Source: an uncultured candidate division Zixibacteria bacterium
GTDB lineage: Bacteria; Zixibacteria; MSB-5A5; GN15; FEB-12
DNA: 64,000 nucleotides
Assembly (NCBI GenBank): GCA_963806185.1
Contig: CAWDXE010000007.1
Location: 384,001 to 448,000, forward strand
Direction: 5' to 3'
Shown: positions 49,726-60,011 of the stretch, in pieces
Layout of the letters: the number at the start of each line of letters is the position of its first letter
Numbering within the stretch: the stretch's first letter is position 1
Position numbers and translations under genes: made by a program
The notes under the pieces: generated by a model
The model's database searches: none
What the model was told of the DNA's origin: nothing
The model's input: only the letters and a program-made list of their open reading frames with translations

Positions 49726-49741
49726 CGGCACATCCTTTGCT
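49726..49741 (+). promoter_or_regulatory. Sigma54 (-24/-12) promoter
   Basis: CGGCAC-ATCCT-TTGCT (GG-N10-GC), about 37 nt upstream of the S8 protease start. Confidence 0.7.
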
Positions 49742-49777
49742 CGATCCCCTCTCAAGGGTAACGAGGAAGGATCGGAC

Positions 49778-52666
49778 ATGAACCGCTGGAAAATCATCAC
49801 AGCTTTCTTACTGGCCTTCGGTAGTATGATTCCTGCACAGTTGACCGCCCGGTCGGCGGTGCTGTCGCCGTCGCTCGAACAAGCCATCGCGACGACGTCG
49901 TCGACCGATGCGCAAGTCCCGGTGGTGGTCTTTCTGGAGAATGAGCGGTCGCACACGGCGGTCGGGATGATCGCGCGGGATGAGTCATACAGTCGTGCCC
50001 AGCGAATCGTTGAAGTGACCCGGCGTTTGAAAGCAACGCGCGCGACGAGCGCGGATGCGGTCGAACAATTCCTCAATCAGCATTCGACAACGAAAATTAC
50101 GAAGCGGTGGATCGTAGCCGCGTATGGTGCGACGCTGTCGGTATCGGCGATAGAAGAACTGGCGGAGATGCCGGGGGTGAGTGAGATTTCGATCAATGCG
50201 CCGATCGAAGGAATTGAGCCGGTCGACGTGAGATCGTCGGTGTCGAGCGCGGCCAGCGTTTCGACGGCGCTGCAACAGCTCAATGTACCGGCGCTGTGGC
50301 AAGCCGGGCTCACCGGCAAGGGGCGGTTGGTGTGTTCGTTTGATACGGGCGTGGACGAGGTTCATCCGGCGCTGTCGCCGAAGTGGCGCGGCAATCACGC
50401 GTCGCTGAGTTCGGCCTGGTATTCGCCGATCACTCCGGACACGATTCCATTCGACAAGTCAGGCCACGGATCGCATACGATGGGTATCATGGTAGGGTCG
50501 GTTGACGCGGACAGTTTCGGCGTGGCGCCAGGGGCCGAGTGGATCACGGCCGGAGTCATCGATCAAGGGCGTTCGCTCAGCGTGACGGTGGACGACATCC
50601 TGGGCGCGTTTGAATGGGCGCTTGATCCGGACGGCAATCCGGCGACGACCGACGACGTACCGGACGTCATTCTCAATTCCTGGGGGATTCCGAAGGGCGT
50701 GTTTGCGCCGTGCGACGAGACGTTCTACGCGGCGATTGACAATGTCGAGGCGGCTGGGATCGCGACGATTTTTGCCGCGGGCAACGAAGGGCCAAACGCG
50801 ATGACGATACGCAATCCGGGTGACCGGGCGACGACGCCGATCAACGCGCTGGCCGTGGGGGCGGTGGACGGGGGCAACGTGATAGCGTCCTTCTCGGGAC
50901 GCGGCCCGTCATCGTGCGACACCACGCAGATCAAGCCGGAGCTGGTGGCTCCGGGCGTATCGATTCGGTCGTGTGCGAAAAATGGTGCTTATGCGACCAT
51001 GAGCGGAACGTCGATGGCGGCGCCGTACATCGCGGGCCTGGTGGCGTTGTGCCGGCAGTACAATCCGGACGCGACGGTGGAACAGATAAAGCATGCGCTC
51101 TTGCAGGCGACGACCGACCTGGGACCGGTGGGCGAAGACAATGCTTACGGCAACGGAATCGTAGATGCATCGAAACTGCTCGCCTATCTGCCCGCGCCGG
51201 TGGTGCCCCAGTTCAGCGTAACGGCGGTGACGTTTGACGGCTGCGGTTATGCGCAACCGGGACAGCCGGCGAATTTTCATCTTTCACTGCAGGACAGTCA
51301 AGCGGGCGTGAGCACGGTTCTCGGTCGACTGACGGCAGGGAATCCGTCGGTTGTGTCGATCGAACAGAGTGTGTCGTTGATGAGTTTCGTGGGCGAAGAG
51401 GGAATGAGCGACGACGTGTACCGATTGACGTTTTCGGCTGACCTTGCGCATGGCCAGAAGGAACCGTTCAGGCTGACGATAGAGAGTTTGGATGGGACGG
51501 AGCTCCAGGCGGTGGAGTTCGAAATCACGGTTGGATTGGTGCCGAACGGCGGGCTGGCGATGCACAACGCCGGAGATATTTCGTTCACCGTTTCGGATTT
51601 TGGGCAGTACGGCTTCGCGCCGGGATCAATCTACAATCTGGGGGGCGACGGATTTCGATACAATGGCGGCGCCAACATGCTGTATGAGGCAGGGCTGGTG
51701 ATTTCGCGGGGGAGTGACCTGCTGTCCAATTCGGTCCGCGATTCGGTGGGTGGATTGCGGAAGTCGGATTTTACGCCGCTGGTGACGTTGACGACGGCCG
51801 AGGACGCGGCGATGAGCGGCGTGCACCAGTATGCCCGGTTTTCGGACCGGAGCAGCGCCGAACTCAGCGGGCTGGTGATTTCGCAGCAGACGGTGGATTA
51901 TGCGAAGTCAGAAGACCAGGGAATTATCATGGTGCAGTATTACCTGATCAATACGACGGATCAGAATCTGGAACCGGTATCGTTTGGGTTCATGGCTGAT
52001 TTCGACTTGTCGGCGGCGGGGGATTCGGTCGGATACGATGCGGCGAAGAATCTTTTTTACCAGAGCGGTGATGAGTCTGCCTGGGCAGGGATTGTCGGGC
52101 TGCAGAACGTGGCGTCGTTCAAGACTATCTCCAACGGGTCGTCGAAGATAGGGCTAAGTCGAACAGCGCTGGCCGAAATGATCGCTTCGCCGGTGAGCAG
52201 TATCGCGTCGACGGTGGAGCGGTCAGACGTGGGTGTGCTGGTATCTACCGGTCCGCTGACCATAGCGAGCGGTGATTCGGTGGCTATCACGCTGGCGCTG
52301 GTGGCAGCCGGCGGGAGGGAAGAGCTGAGTCAGCGCGCGGCGCGGGCGCGGACGATTTTTACCACGTCGGGTGTCGCCGATCTGCCGGAAGAGTACTTTT
52401 TGAGTCAGAATTATCCGAATCCGTTTAATCCGCAGACGACGATTCAATACTCTCTTCCGACGGCTGGAGAAGTTCAGCTGGAGGTTTTCAATCTGCTGGG
52501 ACAGCGAGTCAAGACGATTGCCGAAGGGTACCACGCGGCCGGGACGTACACGGTGATGTGGGACGGGACAGACAGTGGAAATAGTGCGGTGGCGAGCGGC
52601 GTGTACTTTTACCGGCTGGTGGCGCCGGGAATATCAGAAGCCCGCAAAATGGTGCTTTTGCACTAA
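49778..52666 (+). CDS. Subtilisin-like S8 serine peptidase (bacillopeptidase F-like) with T9SS/FlgD-Ig C-terminal domain
   Basis: DTG, GHGSHTMG and SGTSMAAP triad. C-terminal LSQNYPNPFNPQT...SGVYFYRL...RKMVLLH. Confidence 0.93.
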   Translation: MNRWKIITAFLLAFGSMIPAQLTARSAVLSPSLEQAIATTSSTDAQVPVVVFLENERSHTAVGMIARDESYSRAQRIVEVTRRLKATRATSADAVEQFLNQHSTTKITKRWIVAAYGATLSVSAIEELAEMPGVSEISINAPIEGIEPVDVRSSVSSAASVSTALQQLNVPALWQAGLTGKGRLVCSFDTGVDEVHPALSPKWRGNHASLSSAWYSPITPDTIPFDKSGHGSHTMGIMVGSVDADSFGVAPGAEWITAGVIDQGRSLSVTVDDILGAFEWALDPDGNPATTDDVPDVILNSWGIPKGVFAPCDETFYAAIDNVEAAGIATIFAAGNEGPNAMTIRNPGDRATTPINALAVGAVDGGNVIASFSGRGPSSCDTTQIKPELVAPGVSIRSCAKNGAYATMSGTSMAAPYIAGLVALCRQYNPDATVEQIKHALLQATTDLGPVGEDNAYGNGIVDASKLLAYLPAPVVPQFSVTAVTFDGCGYAQPGQPANFHLSLQDSQAGVSTVLGRLTAGNPSVVSIEQSVSLMSFVGEEGMSDDVYRLTFSADLAHGQKEPFRLTIESLDGTELQAVEFEITVGLVPNGGLAMHNAGDISFTVSDFGQYGFAPGSIYNLGGDGFRYNGGANMLYEAGLVISRGSDLLSNSVRDSVGGLRKSDFTPLVTLTTAEDAAMSGVHQYARFSDRSSAELSGLVISQQTVDYAKSEDQGIIMVQYYLINTTDQNLEPVSFGFMADFDLSAAGDSVGYDAAKNLFYQSGDESAWAGIVGLQNVASFKTISNGSSKIGLSRTALAEMIASPVSSIASTVERSDVGVLVSTGPLTIASGDSVAITLALVAAGGREELSQRAARARTIFTTSGVADLPEEYFLSQNYPNPFNPQTTIQYSLPTAGEVQLEVFNLLGQRVKTIAEGYHAAGTYTVMWDGTDSGNSAVASGVYFYRLVAPGISEARKMVLLH

Positions 52667-52751
52667 GGGAATCGGCATTATCTTAGAAAGATAACCAGTA
52701 GACTAGTGCCCGAAGAACGGGCGGAAGGGCCATCCAATCAGGAACGTTTCA

Positions 52752-55609
52752 ATGAAAACCTACATGCGTCGAGTAGTCACGTTAGCTGCGGTGGGGGTAT
52801 CCCTGCTAGCGGCAATTGGCGTACAGGCAGTCACGCCCACGGATGAGGCGGTAGCCCAATGGAAGTCGGAAGGGGTTTGGGAGCAGAAAGTTGCCGAGTG
52901 GCAGCAATTCAAGGCGAACGGCGGGTGCAGTCCGAACGAAAACCTCCCGTATAACAGAGCGCGAATGAAGGAACGACTGGCGGCCGGGGTAACGGCCGTT
53001 GACACTGTTTGGGTGCCGGTGATACTGGTGGATTTTCCCGACCTGACCTATGATCAGGCCAGTTATGTGACTCCAGGCGGCCAGACAGTGGTGCAGAGAG
53101 CGGTTGGTACGGCCGGCAAGTTTGATACGCTGTTGTGGTCCCAGGGACTGAACCCGACGGGATCGATGACGGAATTTTACTGGGAGAATTCGTACGGCAA
53201 GATATTTATGCAGGGCGTCGTCATGGGCTGGTACACGATGCCGCATAATTACTCGTACTACGTGGCCGGCGATGATGGTCTGGGGAGCGGGGGGCCGTTG
53301 CTCGCCAAAGATGCAATCAACACGGCCGACGCGGCGGGGAATGATTTTTCGGTATTTGCTGACGCGCAGCAATAATATACCGGGCGTGATTTTGATACAT
53401 GCCGGACCGGGCGCCGAGGCAGGAGCGTATGGCATCTGGTCGCACAAATCATCGCCCGCATTTGGGACGGTATCACCTGACGGCAAGTTTGTCGAGTCGT
53501 ACACGTTGAATCCCGAGGAGCTGGGGGCGGGATTATCGACGGTGGGCGTATTCTGTCACGAGTACGGACACGTGATGGGGTGCCCCGATCTGTATGACAT
53601 CAATTCGGCCAACAGTCCGGACAACGACGGATTGGGGCGGTGGTCGCTGATGGCGGGCGGGAGCTGGAATGGACCGAGCGTCAACGGAGCCGGGCCGGCC
53701 AGTTTTGACGCCTGGTGCAAGAATCTGCTGGGTTTCGTGACGCCAATCGAATTGACGGCCAACATCAAACAGGCGGCCATTCCGTCGTCGCAGGTCAACC
53801 CGGTCAGCTACTGGTTGTGGAATACATCCAAGAATATGGCGGAATACTGGCTGGTGGAGAATCGTCAGAAGAAAGGGCATTTTGATTCGTACCTGCCGGG
53901 TGCGGGTCTCTGCATCTATCATTTTGACGGGGCGGCCTCGAGCAATGACAATCCGGCCCGTCTCAAAGTGGCGCTTGAACAGGCGGACGGCTTATTCAAC
54001 CTGGAATACACCGGCGGCAGCGACGCGGGCGATCCGTTTCCGGGCACGGCAAACAAGCGGAACTGGACTGATCGAACGGTGCCAAGTTCCAGATACAACG
54101 TGACAGATTCGACGTCGCAAGTGGGGGTGTGGAACATCTCTAATGCGGATTCAGTCATGTACGCGGATCTGGACATTCGGTGGTCGCGGCCGTACATCAA
54201 GTTTCTGTCGGCGTCCGATTCCCTGACGTTTTCCGACGCGGCCGGCGGCGACAATGACGGCGTGATGGAACCGGGCGAGACGGTGGCGTTGAACTGCCGT
54301 TTCAAGAACACAATGCTTCTCGCGGGATACGGGCACGTGCACCTGGCGGCCGATAATCCGAATCTGGTCTGGGTGAAGAACGACGTGCGGTCGTCGGCGA
54401 TTTTCAATCCATCCTTCGACCAGTCGCTGCAGGAGCCGATCAGATTCTCATTGCCGAACAATTTCCAAACGTCGGTAGTGACATTCACGATGACGATGTG
54501 GGTGGACTCATCGTTTATGGCGGTCGACAGCGAGTACGTGTTTACGTTTGAATTCGACGAAGGTGCTGGGAAAGACGAATATCCTCGTGGTCGACGATGA
54601 CAACAATCAGTCCAAGAACAGCGTGGGGTACGAGGAGCGGATCGGGGATGCACTGGAGAGGATCCGGGTGCCGTACGACGTGTGGACGAAGTCCAGCGCG
54701 GGATCGCCGGTGACGGGTGATCTGACGCCGTACCGAAACGTGATCTGGATTACGGGGCCGAGCGATACGACGACGGGAGCAAACTACGGTGGCACGCTTA
54801 CCACGCAGGACGTGGCGGCCATGAAGGGGTATCTGGATAATGGCGGCGGGCTTCTGTTGTCGAGTGTGACGGCGGCGCAGCAACTGACGACGCTGGATCT
54901 TTCGTTTTTGACCAGCTATCTGCACTGCGCGGTGGCCAGCTACATCCCGGCGGATGAATTTGCCCAGGAGTTCTGGGGAGTAGGCGGAACGGATGTCGGC
55001 AACGGCACCCGATATCAATTGCTGGGGAATGAGAATCCGTTTTACAGCGGGCCGATCCTGGCGCCGGTTAACGGCGGAGTGCCGGAGTTTATTGGTAAGG
55101 GAGAGCTGTCGGAACTGGGCGGTTCGACATACGGAATTGCCGGGGTCAGCTACTCGGGAAGTTACCAGACGTTGTTCCTGACATTCGGCCTGGACGTGCT
55201 CAACGACGGATTGAGTGGTTCGAACTGGCAGCCGAAAGATACGCTGCTGCTGCGCGCGCTGAATTTCTTTGCGGAAGGACAGGCGACGGGGGTAGACGAT
55301 CCGCACGGCCATGCGCTGCCGTCGGATTTTGCGCTGGCGCAGAATTATCCGAACCCGTTTAACCCGAGCACGACGATCAGCTACACAATCACGGCGAACG
55401 GTCGGCCGGTGCGGGCGACGCTCGAAGTCCTGAACATGCTGGGGCAGCGGGTGACCACGCTGGTGGACAAGACGCAGCCGAGCGGAACGTACACGGTGAC
55501 GTGGAACGGGACGGATAGTCGGGGGAACCGGGTATCCTCGGGGATGTACTTGTACCGACTGATAGCCGGGGAGGAAAGCATGACTAAGAAGATGGTTTTG
55601 CTCAAGTAG
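52752..55609 (+). CDS. M6 family (immune inhibitor A-like) metalloprotease with T9SS C-terminal domain, two frameshifts
   Basis: VILVDFPD, SMTEFYWENSYG, VFCHEYGHVMGCPDLYD, WSLMAGGSW and EYWLVENRQ motifs. C-terminal QNYPNPFNPST...KKMVLLK. Frame breaks near 53370 and 54555. Confidence 0.9.
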
Positions 55610-55635
55610 ATAATGAATTTCAAGTGAGATTTCTG

Positions 55636-55669
55636 ACGGGTCGCCGGAGACGGCGGCCCGTTTTCTATT
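55636..55669 (+). terminator. Terminator after the protease operon
   Basis: GACGGGTCGCCG-GAGA-CGGCGGCCCGTT followed by T-rich tail. Confidence 0.7.
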
Positions 55670-55723
55670 GGTAGACAAGGGGATAGGGGCGAATCTCACT
55701 TGAGAAATTTTTCACGACAGGGC

Positions 55724-55776
55724 TTGACTTTTGTGTTGTAAGACGTATAATTGAAATTGATAATCGATTTCAATTA
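55724..55776 (+). promoter_or_regulatory. Sigma70 promoter with overlapping Fur-type operator
   Basis: TTGACT-N16-TATAAT. Perfect inverted repeat TAATTGAAAT-N9-ATTTCAATTA (55748-55776) containing TGATAATCGATTTCA. Confidence 0.8.
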
Positions 55777-55805
55777 GTCGATACAGTGACTAAGGGAACG
55801 AAGCG

Positions 55806-56246
55806 ATGAAAGAGTTCTTACGCACCAAAGGGTTCAAGATGACGCCGCAGCGGGAGCTGATTTTCCGTTCGTTTTTCGAGCAGGAGAGTCACGTGACGGT
55901 GGATGAGCTTTATGACCGGGTGCGGGAGCTGGACCGTACAGTGGGGTACGCGACGGTCTGGCGGACGTTGAAGCTGATCTGCAAGGTTGGGCTGGCGGCG
56001 GAAGTGAATCTAGGGGACGGGGTCACGCGGTACGACAAGATCACGAGGTATCCGCATGGGCATCTGTACTGTTTGGAATGCAGGACGCTGATAGAGTTTG
56101 ATGCATCGCGGATTATCCGGCAGTTATCGCGGGTAGCGGATGAGCAGAACTTTGAGCCGGAAGGGTACAAGATCGAGGTACAGGGGTACTGTCCGGAGTG
56201 CCGCAAGAAACTGGATGCGAAGGAATATGCCAAGAAGCCGCACTGA
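55806..56246 (+). CDS. fur: Fur family transcriptional regulator
   Basis: KMTPQRELI, HVTVDELY, ATVWRTL, HGHLYCLEC and GYCPEC motifs. Confidence 0.93.
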   Translation: MKEFLRTKGFKMTPQRELIFRSFFEQESHVTVDELYDRVRELDRTVGYATVWRTLKLICKVGLAAEVNLGDGVTRYDKITRYPHGHLYCLECRTLIEFDASRIIRQLSRVADEQNFEPEGYKIEVQGYCPECRKKLDAKEYAKKPH

Positions 56247-56250
56247 GGGA

Positions 56251-56508
56251 ATGGTTCTGGGGAGTGTGGTCATAGCGGTGTTGATCGGTTGCAGTGGGGG
56301 ACCGTCGCTGACCGCGCAACAGGAGCAAGGGAAACGGATCTATGAATCGTTGTGCGACAAGTGCCACAAGCTGCTTCCACCAAAGAATTTTTCGGATGAC
56401 CAGTGGGGAAGCGCGGTACAGAAGTACGGCGTGCCATTGAAATTGAAAACAAACGAGTTGGCGATGCTGACCGCCTATTTGCAGCGCGCCAACGATGCAG
56501 ATTTTTGA
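56251..56508 (+). CDS. Small monoheme c-type cytochrome lipoprotein
   Basis: Lipobox LIGC, GKRIYESLCDKCH (CxxCH) and P...DDQW...V pattern. Confidence 0.8.
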   Translation: MVLGSVVIAVLIGCSGGPSLTAQQEQGKRIYESLCDKCHKLLPPKNFSDDQWGSAVQKYGVPLKLKTNELAMLTAYLQRANDADF

Positions 56509-56519
56509 GGAAGGCAGTA

Positions 56520-56750
56520 ATGACGTATTTAAGCAAGATGTCACCGGGCCAGAGCGGGCGCGTTGTTGGATACACCAAGGACACACCGGTATCACGGCGA
56601 TTGACCGAGCTTGGTTTGATACCGGGTCGATTGTTCAAGTATATGCGGACGGCGCCGCTGCGCGATCCGCTGCAGATTCAATTGGGATCGTCGAGTCTTA
56701 CCCTGCGACATGCCGAGGCCGAATTGGTGACGGTCGAGGTGGAAGAATAG
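56520..56750 (+). CDS. feoA: Ferrous iron transport protein A
   Basis: RRLTELGLIPG...APLRDPLQI...LTLRHAEA. Confidence 0.95.
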   Translation: MTYLSKMSPGQSGRVVGYTKDTPVSRRLTELGLIPGRLFKYMRTAPLRDPLQIQLGSSSLTLRHAEAELVTVEVEE

Positions 56751-56762
56751 CCGAGACAGTAT

Positions 56763-58988
56763 ATGACTATGCCGGCCACATCCAGGCGTAGTGAGGCGAC
56801 GCGTCTGGTTACGGTCGCCGTCTGCGGCAATCCTAATTGCGGCAAAACCACTCTCTTTAATGCCCTTACCGGACTTCGTCAGCGGGTCGCCAACTATCCC
56901 GGTGTAACGGTTGAGAAGACTACCGGCGATCTGGTTATCAGCGAATTCCCCCAGCACAAATTCTCACTCGTCGACATTCCCGGCATGTATTCGTTGGCGT
57001 CGTTTTCGCCCGATGAATACGTGGCGGCGCAGGCGTTATTGGGAACGATTAAAGGGGAACGACCGCCGGACGCGATTGTCTGCGTAGTGGAGGCGACCAA
57101 TCTGGAGCGGAGTCTGTATCTGGTTTTCCAGGTGATGCAGATAGGGCGGCCGGTGGTGCTGGCGCTGAATATGATGGACTTGGCGGAGAAGGAAGGGATG
57201 ACGATTGACGACCGCCGGCTCTCGGAGGTGCTGGGCGTGCCGGTGGTGCCGATTGTAGCGAACCGGGGGCGGGGGATAAAGCGACTCAAGGGAGTGATTG
57301 GCGAGGTGGCGTTGGCGGGGCAGGGGGATGCGCCGAAATCCACTTATGCGCACGAAGTGATCGGCATCGCGACGCGTTTGCGCGAAGCGAGCGACAATGG
57401 CGCAGCGAGCACGGCGGAATACTTGCGAGTGCTGTTCGATCAGAATGGTCCGGCGGAGAAGCTGTTTATGAAGGGGAACGACGCTACAAGGCTGGATACG
57501 CTCAAGCGTTGCCGGCTGGAGGTGATCGAGCGGTTTGGATCGCTGACGGCGGGTGAGACGACAGCGTTGACGAAGCGGGCGGCAGAGGTAGTGCGGCAGA
57601 CAGTGACGCAGACCTCGGCATCCCGGCAGACGGTGACCGAGCGGATGGATGCGATACTTTTGCACCGGATGTTGGGGCCGATCATTCTGGTGTTGATGAT
57701 GGGGCTGATGTTCCAGTCGATTTTTTCGTGGGCGGCGCCGCTGATGGATGCGATTGACGGACTGTTCGGCATGTTGGCGGGGTATGTCGCGGGGTTGATG
57801 ACGGAAGGGCCGCTGCAGTCGCTGGTGGTGAATGGGATCATCGGGGGTGTGGGGTCGGTGCTGATTTTCCTTCCGCAGATTGTGATACTTTTCCTGTTTA
57901 TTGCCCTGCTGGAAGATTCAGGGTATATGCCGAGGGCGGCGTTTTTGGTGGACCGGGCGTTCAGCTGGTGCGGGTTATCGGGGAAGTCGTTCATCCCAAT
58001 GTTGTCGTCGTTCGCCTGTGCGGTGCCGGGGATTATGGCGACTCGGGTGATTGAGGATCGTCGGCTGCGGATATTGACCATGATGGTAGCGCCGCTGATG
58101 AGTTGTTCGGCGCGCCTGCCGGTGTATACGATCATGATAGCAGCGTTCATCCCGGCGGGAGCGGTGCTGGGGGTATTTAATCTTCAAGGGGTGGTGCTGG
58201 CGACGTTGTACCTACTCGGGATATTGGTGGCTGTGGCGATAGCGTATGTCGTGAAAAAGACGGTCGGCAAGACGGAGCGGGGATCGTTCATCATGGAACT
58301 GCCGTCGTACAAGGTGCCGACGTTGAAATCGGTGGTGATGCGGGTGATGAACAGGGCGGTAGCGTTTGTCGTACGGGCGGGGACAGTGATCTTTGCCATC
58401 ACCATTATCATCTGGGCGCTCAGCTATTATCCGAGGTCGAGCGAGATCAGCAATGAGTTTGCGGCCAAGCGCGCGCAGGTGGAGCAGACAGTGACGGCGA
58501 CAGCAGATCGTGACGCGGCGCTGAGTCAACTGGCGCATGAAGAGGCGGGGGCGAATCTCCGGAATTCGTATTTTGGAGCGGCGGGGCGTTTTGTTGAGCC
58601 GGTGTTTGCGCCGCTGGGATGGGACTGGAGGATTACAATGGCGACGCTGGCGTCGTTCCCGGCGCGGGAAGTGATTATTGCGACGCTGGGGACAATTCAC
58701 AACCTGGGGTCGGAGAGCGGCAATGAAGAGAAATCGCTCATCGAGAAGATGCAGGCGGCGACCTGGGAGAGCGGGCCGAAGGTGGGGACGCCGATCTACG
58801 GGCCGGCCGTGGCGCTATCGGTGATGGTATTTTTTGCGCTCTGCTGTCAGTGTGGGGCGACGCTGGTGACGATCCGGCAGGAGTCGGGATCGTGGAAGTA
58901 TCCGATCATTACGTTTGTGTATATGACCTCGATGGCGTATGTCGGGGCGCTGGTAGTGTATCAGGTGTTCAGCCGGATGGGGTGGTAA
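56763..58988 (+). CDS. feoB: Ferrous iron transport protein B
   Basis: GNPNCGKTTLFNALTG, VANYPGVTVE, DIPG, LEDSGYMPR and MSCSARLPVY motifs. Confidence 0.97.
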   Translation: MTMPATSRRSEATRLVTVAVCGNPNCGKTTLFNALTGLRQRVANYPGVTVEKTTGDLVISEFPQHKFSLVDIPGMYSLASFSPDEYVAAQALLGTIKGERPPDAIVCVVEATNLERSLYLVFQVMQIGRPVVLALNMMDLAEKEGMTIDDRRLSEVLGVPVVPIVANRGRGIKRLKGVIGEVALAGQGDAPKSTYAHEVIGIATRLREASDNGAASTAEYLRVLFDQNGPAEKLFMKGNDATRLDTLKRCRLEVIERFGSLTAGETTALTKRAAEVVRQTVTQTSASRQTVTERMDAILLHRMLGPIILVLMMGLMFQSIFSWAAPLMDAIDGLFGMLAGYVAGLMTEGPLQSLVVNGIIGGVGSVLIFLPQIVILFLFIALLEDSGYMPRAAFLVDRAFSWCGLSGKSFIPMLSSFACAVPGIMATRVIEDRRLRILTMMVAPLMSCSARLPVYTIMIAAFIPAGAVLGVFNLQGVVLATLYLLGILVAVAIAYVVKKTVGKTERGSFIMELPSYKVPTLKSVVMRVMNRAVAFVVRAGTVIFAITIIIWALSYYPRSSEISNEFAAKRAQVEQTVTATADRDAALSQLAHEEAGANLRNSYFGAAGRFVEPVFAPLGWDWRITMATLASFPAREVIIATLGTIHNLGSESGNEEKSLIEKMQAATWESGPKVGTPIYGPAVALSVMVFFALCCQCGATLVTIRQESGSWKYPIITFVYMTSMAYVGALVVYQVFSRMGW

Positions 58989-59159
58989 ATGGGAGAGGTT
59001 TGGCAGAATCTGGTGATTCTGATTCTGTTAGCAGGGGCAGGGGCTTACCTGTTGCGGGCGTATTTTCTGCGGCGGAAACAAGGGAGTTGTCCGAATTGCA
59101 AGGTGGGCAAGCTGGCGCAGAAGCGTCAGGATCGTAGCGAGACAATTTCTCGTCGATAG
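58989..59159 (+). CDS. FeoB-associated Cys-rich small membrane protein
   Basis: MGEVWQNLVILILLAGAGAYLLRAYFLRRKQGSCPNCKVG... (56 aa) immediately after the feoB stop. Below the ORF track cutoff. Confidence 0.8.
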   Translation: MGEVWQNLVILILLAGAGAYLLRAYFLRRKQGSCPNCKVGKLAQKRQDRSETISRR

Positions 59160-59198
59160 TTTGACCCGCTGAGGGCGGGTGCCTATATTCAGTTCATC

Positions 59199-60011
59199 AT
59201 GATCAGTTCTGCGCCGGTTCTTTTGGGGCAGTATCGCCCTCTTGATTCGTACCTACATAAACTAGATGCGCGGGCCAAGCTGGCGCCGGTTTTCCTGGTG
59301 CTGGTGCTAAGCCTGTTGACATCATCGCTGACATTTTCGGTTGTCCTGCTGATGGCGCTGTTGGCGGGGCTGGCAACCTCGCGAGTGGGGTGGGAGGTCA
59401 TTGGGCGCAACATGCTGCCAATGGTGCCGCTGGTGGCGATCACGATCGGGTTTCACCTGTTGTTTCCGCCCCAGGGGGAGATCGCGCCGTTTAGGCTGTT
59501 TGGCTGGGAAGTGGTGGGGAGCGGATTGTCGCGGGGGGTCTACTTCTCGCTGCGACTGTTGCTCTTTGTATCTATAGCGTTCCTGGTCACACTGACCACG
59601 TCGCCGTCGGACCTCGCGGAGGCGATCATGAAGGTGCTGCGACCGTTGCGGAAGATCGGCGTGCCGGTGAACGATCTGGGGCTGATTCTGTTTGTGGCGC
59701 TGCGGTTCATACCGGTGTTGTACGAGGAGTTTGTGATCATCCGCAATGCGCAGATACTTCGCGGCGTGCAGTTTGACGGACGGCTGGCGGTGAAGATCAA
59801 GCGAAGTACGGCAATTCTGATTCCGGTGTTTCTGGCGGCGCTCAATCGCGCGGATGAGCTGGCGCTGGCGATTCAGGCGAGGGGGTATCGGAGTGAGGCG
59901 AAGCGGACGTTTTACAGTCGGTCGCGCTTCGGATGGAATGAGACCGTTTTCGTGGTCGTGAGTTGCGGATTGATTCTGGCGTTGTTCCTGGTGACGAAAA
60001 ATCATGGGTGA
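59199..60011 (+). CDS. ecfT: Energy-coupling factor transporter transmembrane component T
   Basis: GQYRPLDSYLHKLDARAKL, LTTSPSDL, ALRFIP, AQILRG and AIQARGY motifs. Confidence 0.93.
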   Translation: MISSAPVLLGQYRPLDSYLHKLDARAKLAPVFLVLVLSLLTSSLTFSVVLLMALLAGLATSRVGWEVIGRNMLPMVPLVAITIGFHLLFPPQGEIAPFRLFGWEVVGSGLSRGVYFSLRLLLFVSIAFLVTLTTSPSDLAEAIMKVLRPLRKIGVPVNDLGLILFVALRFIPVLYEEFVIIRNAQILRGVQFDGRLAVKIKRSTAILIPVFLAALNRADELALAIQARGYRSEAKRTFYSRSRFGWNETVFVVVSCGLILALFLVTKNHG

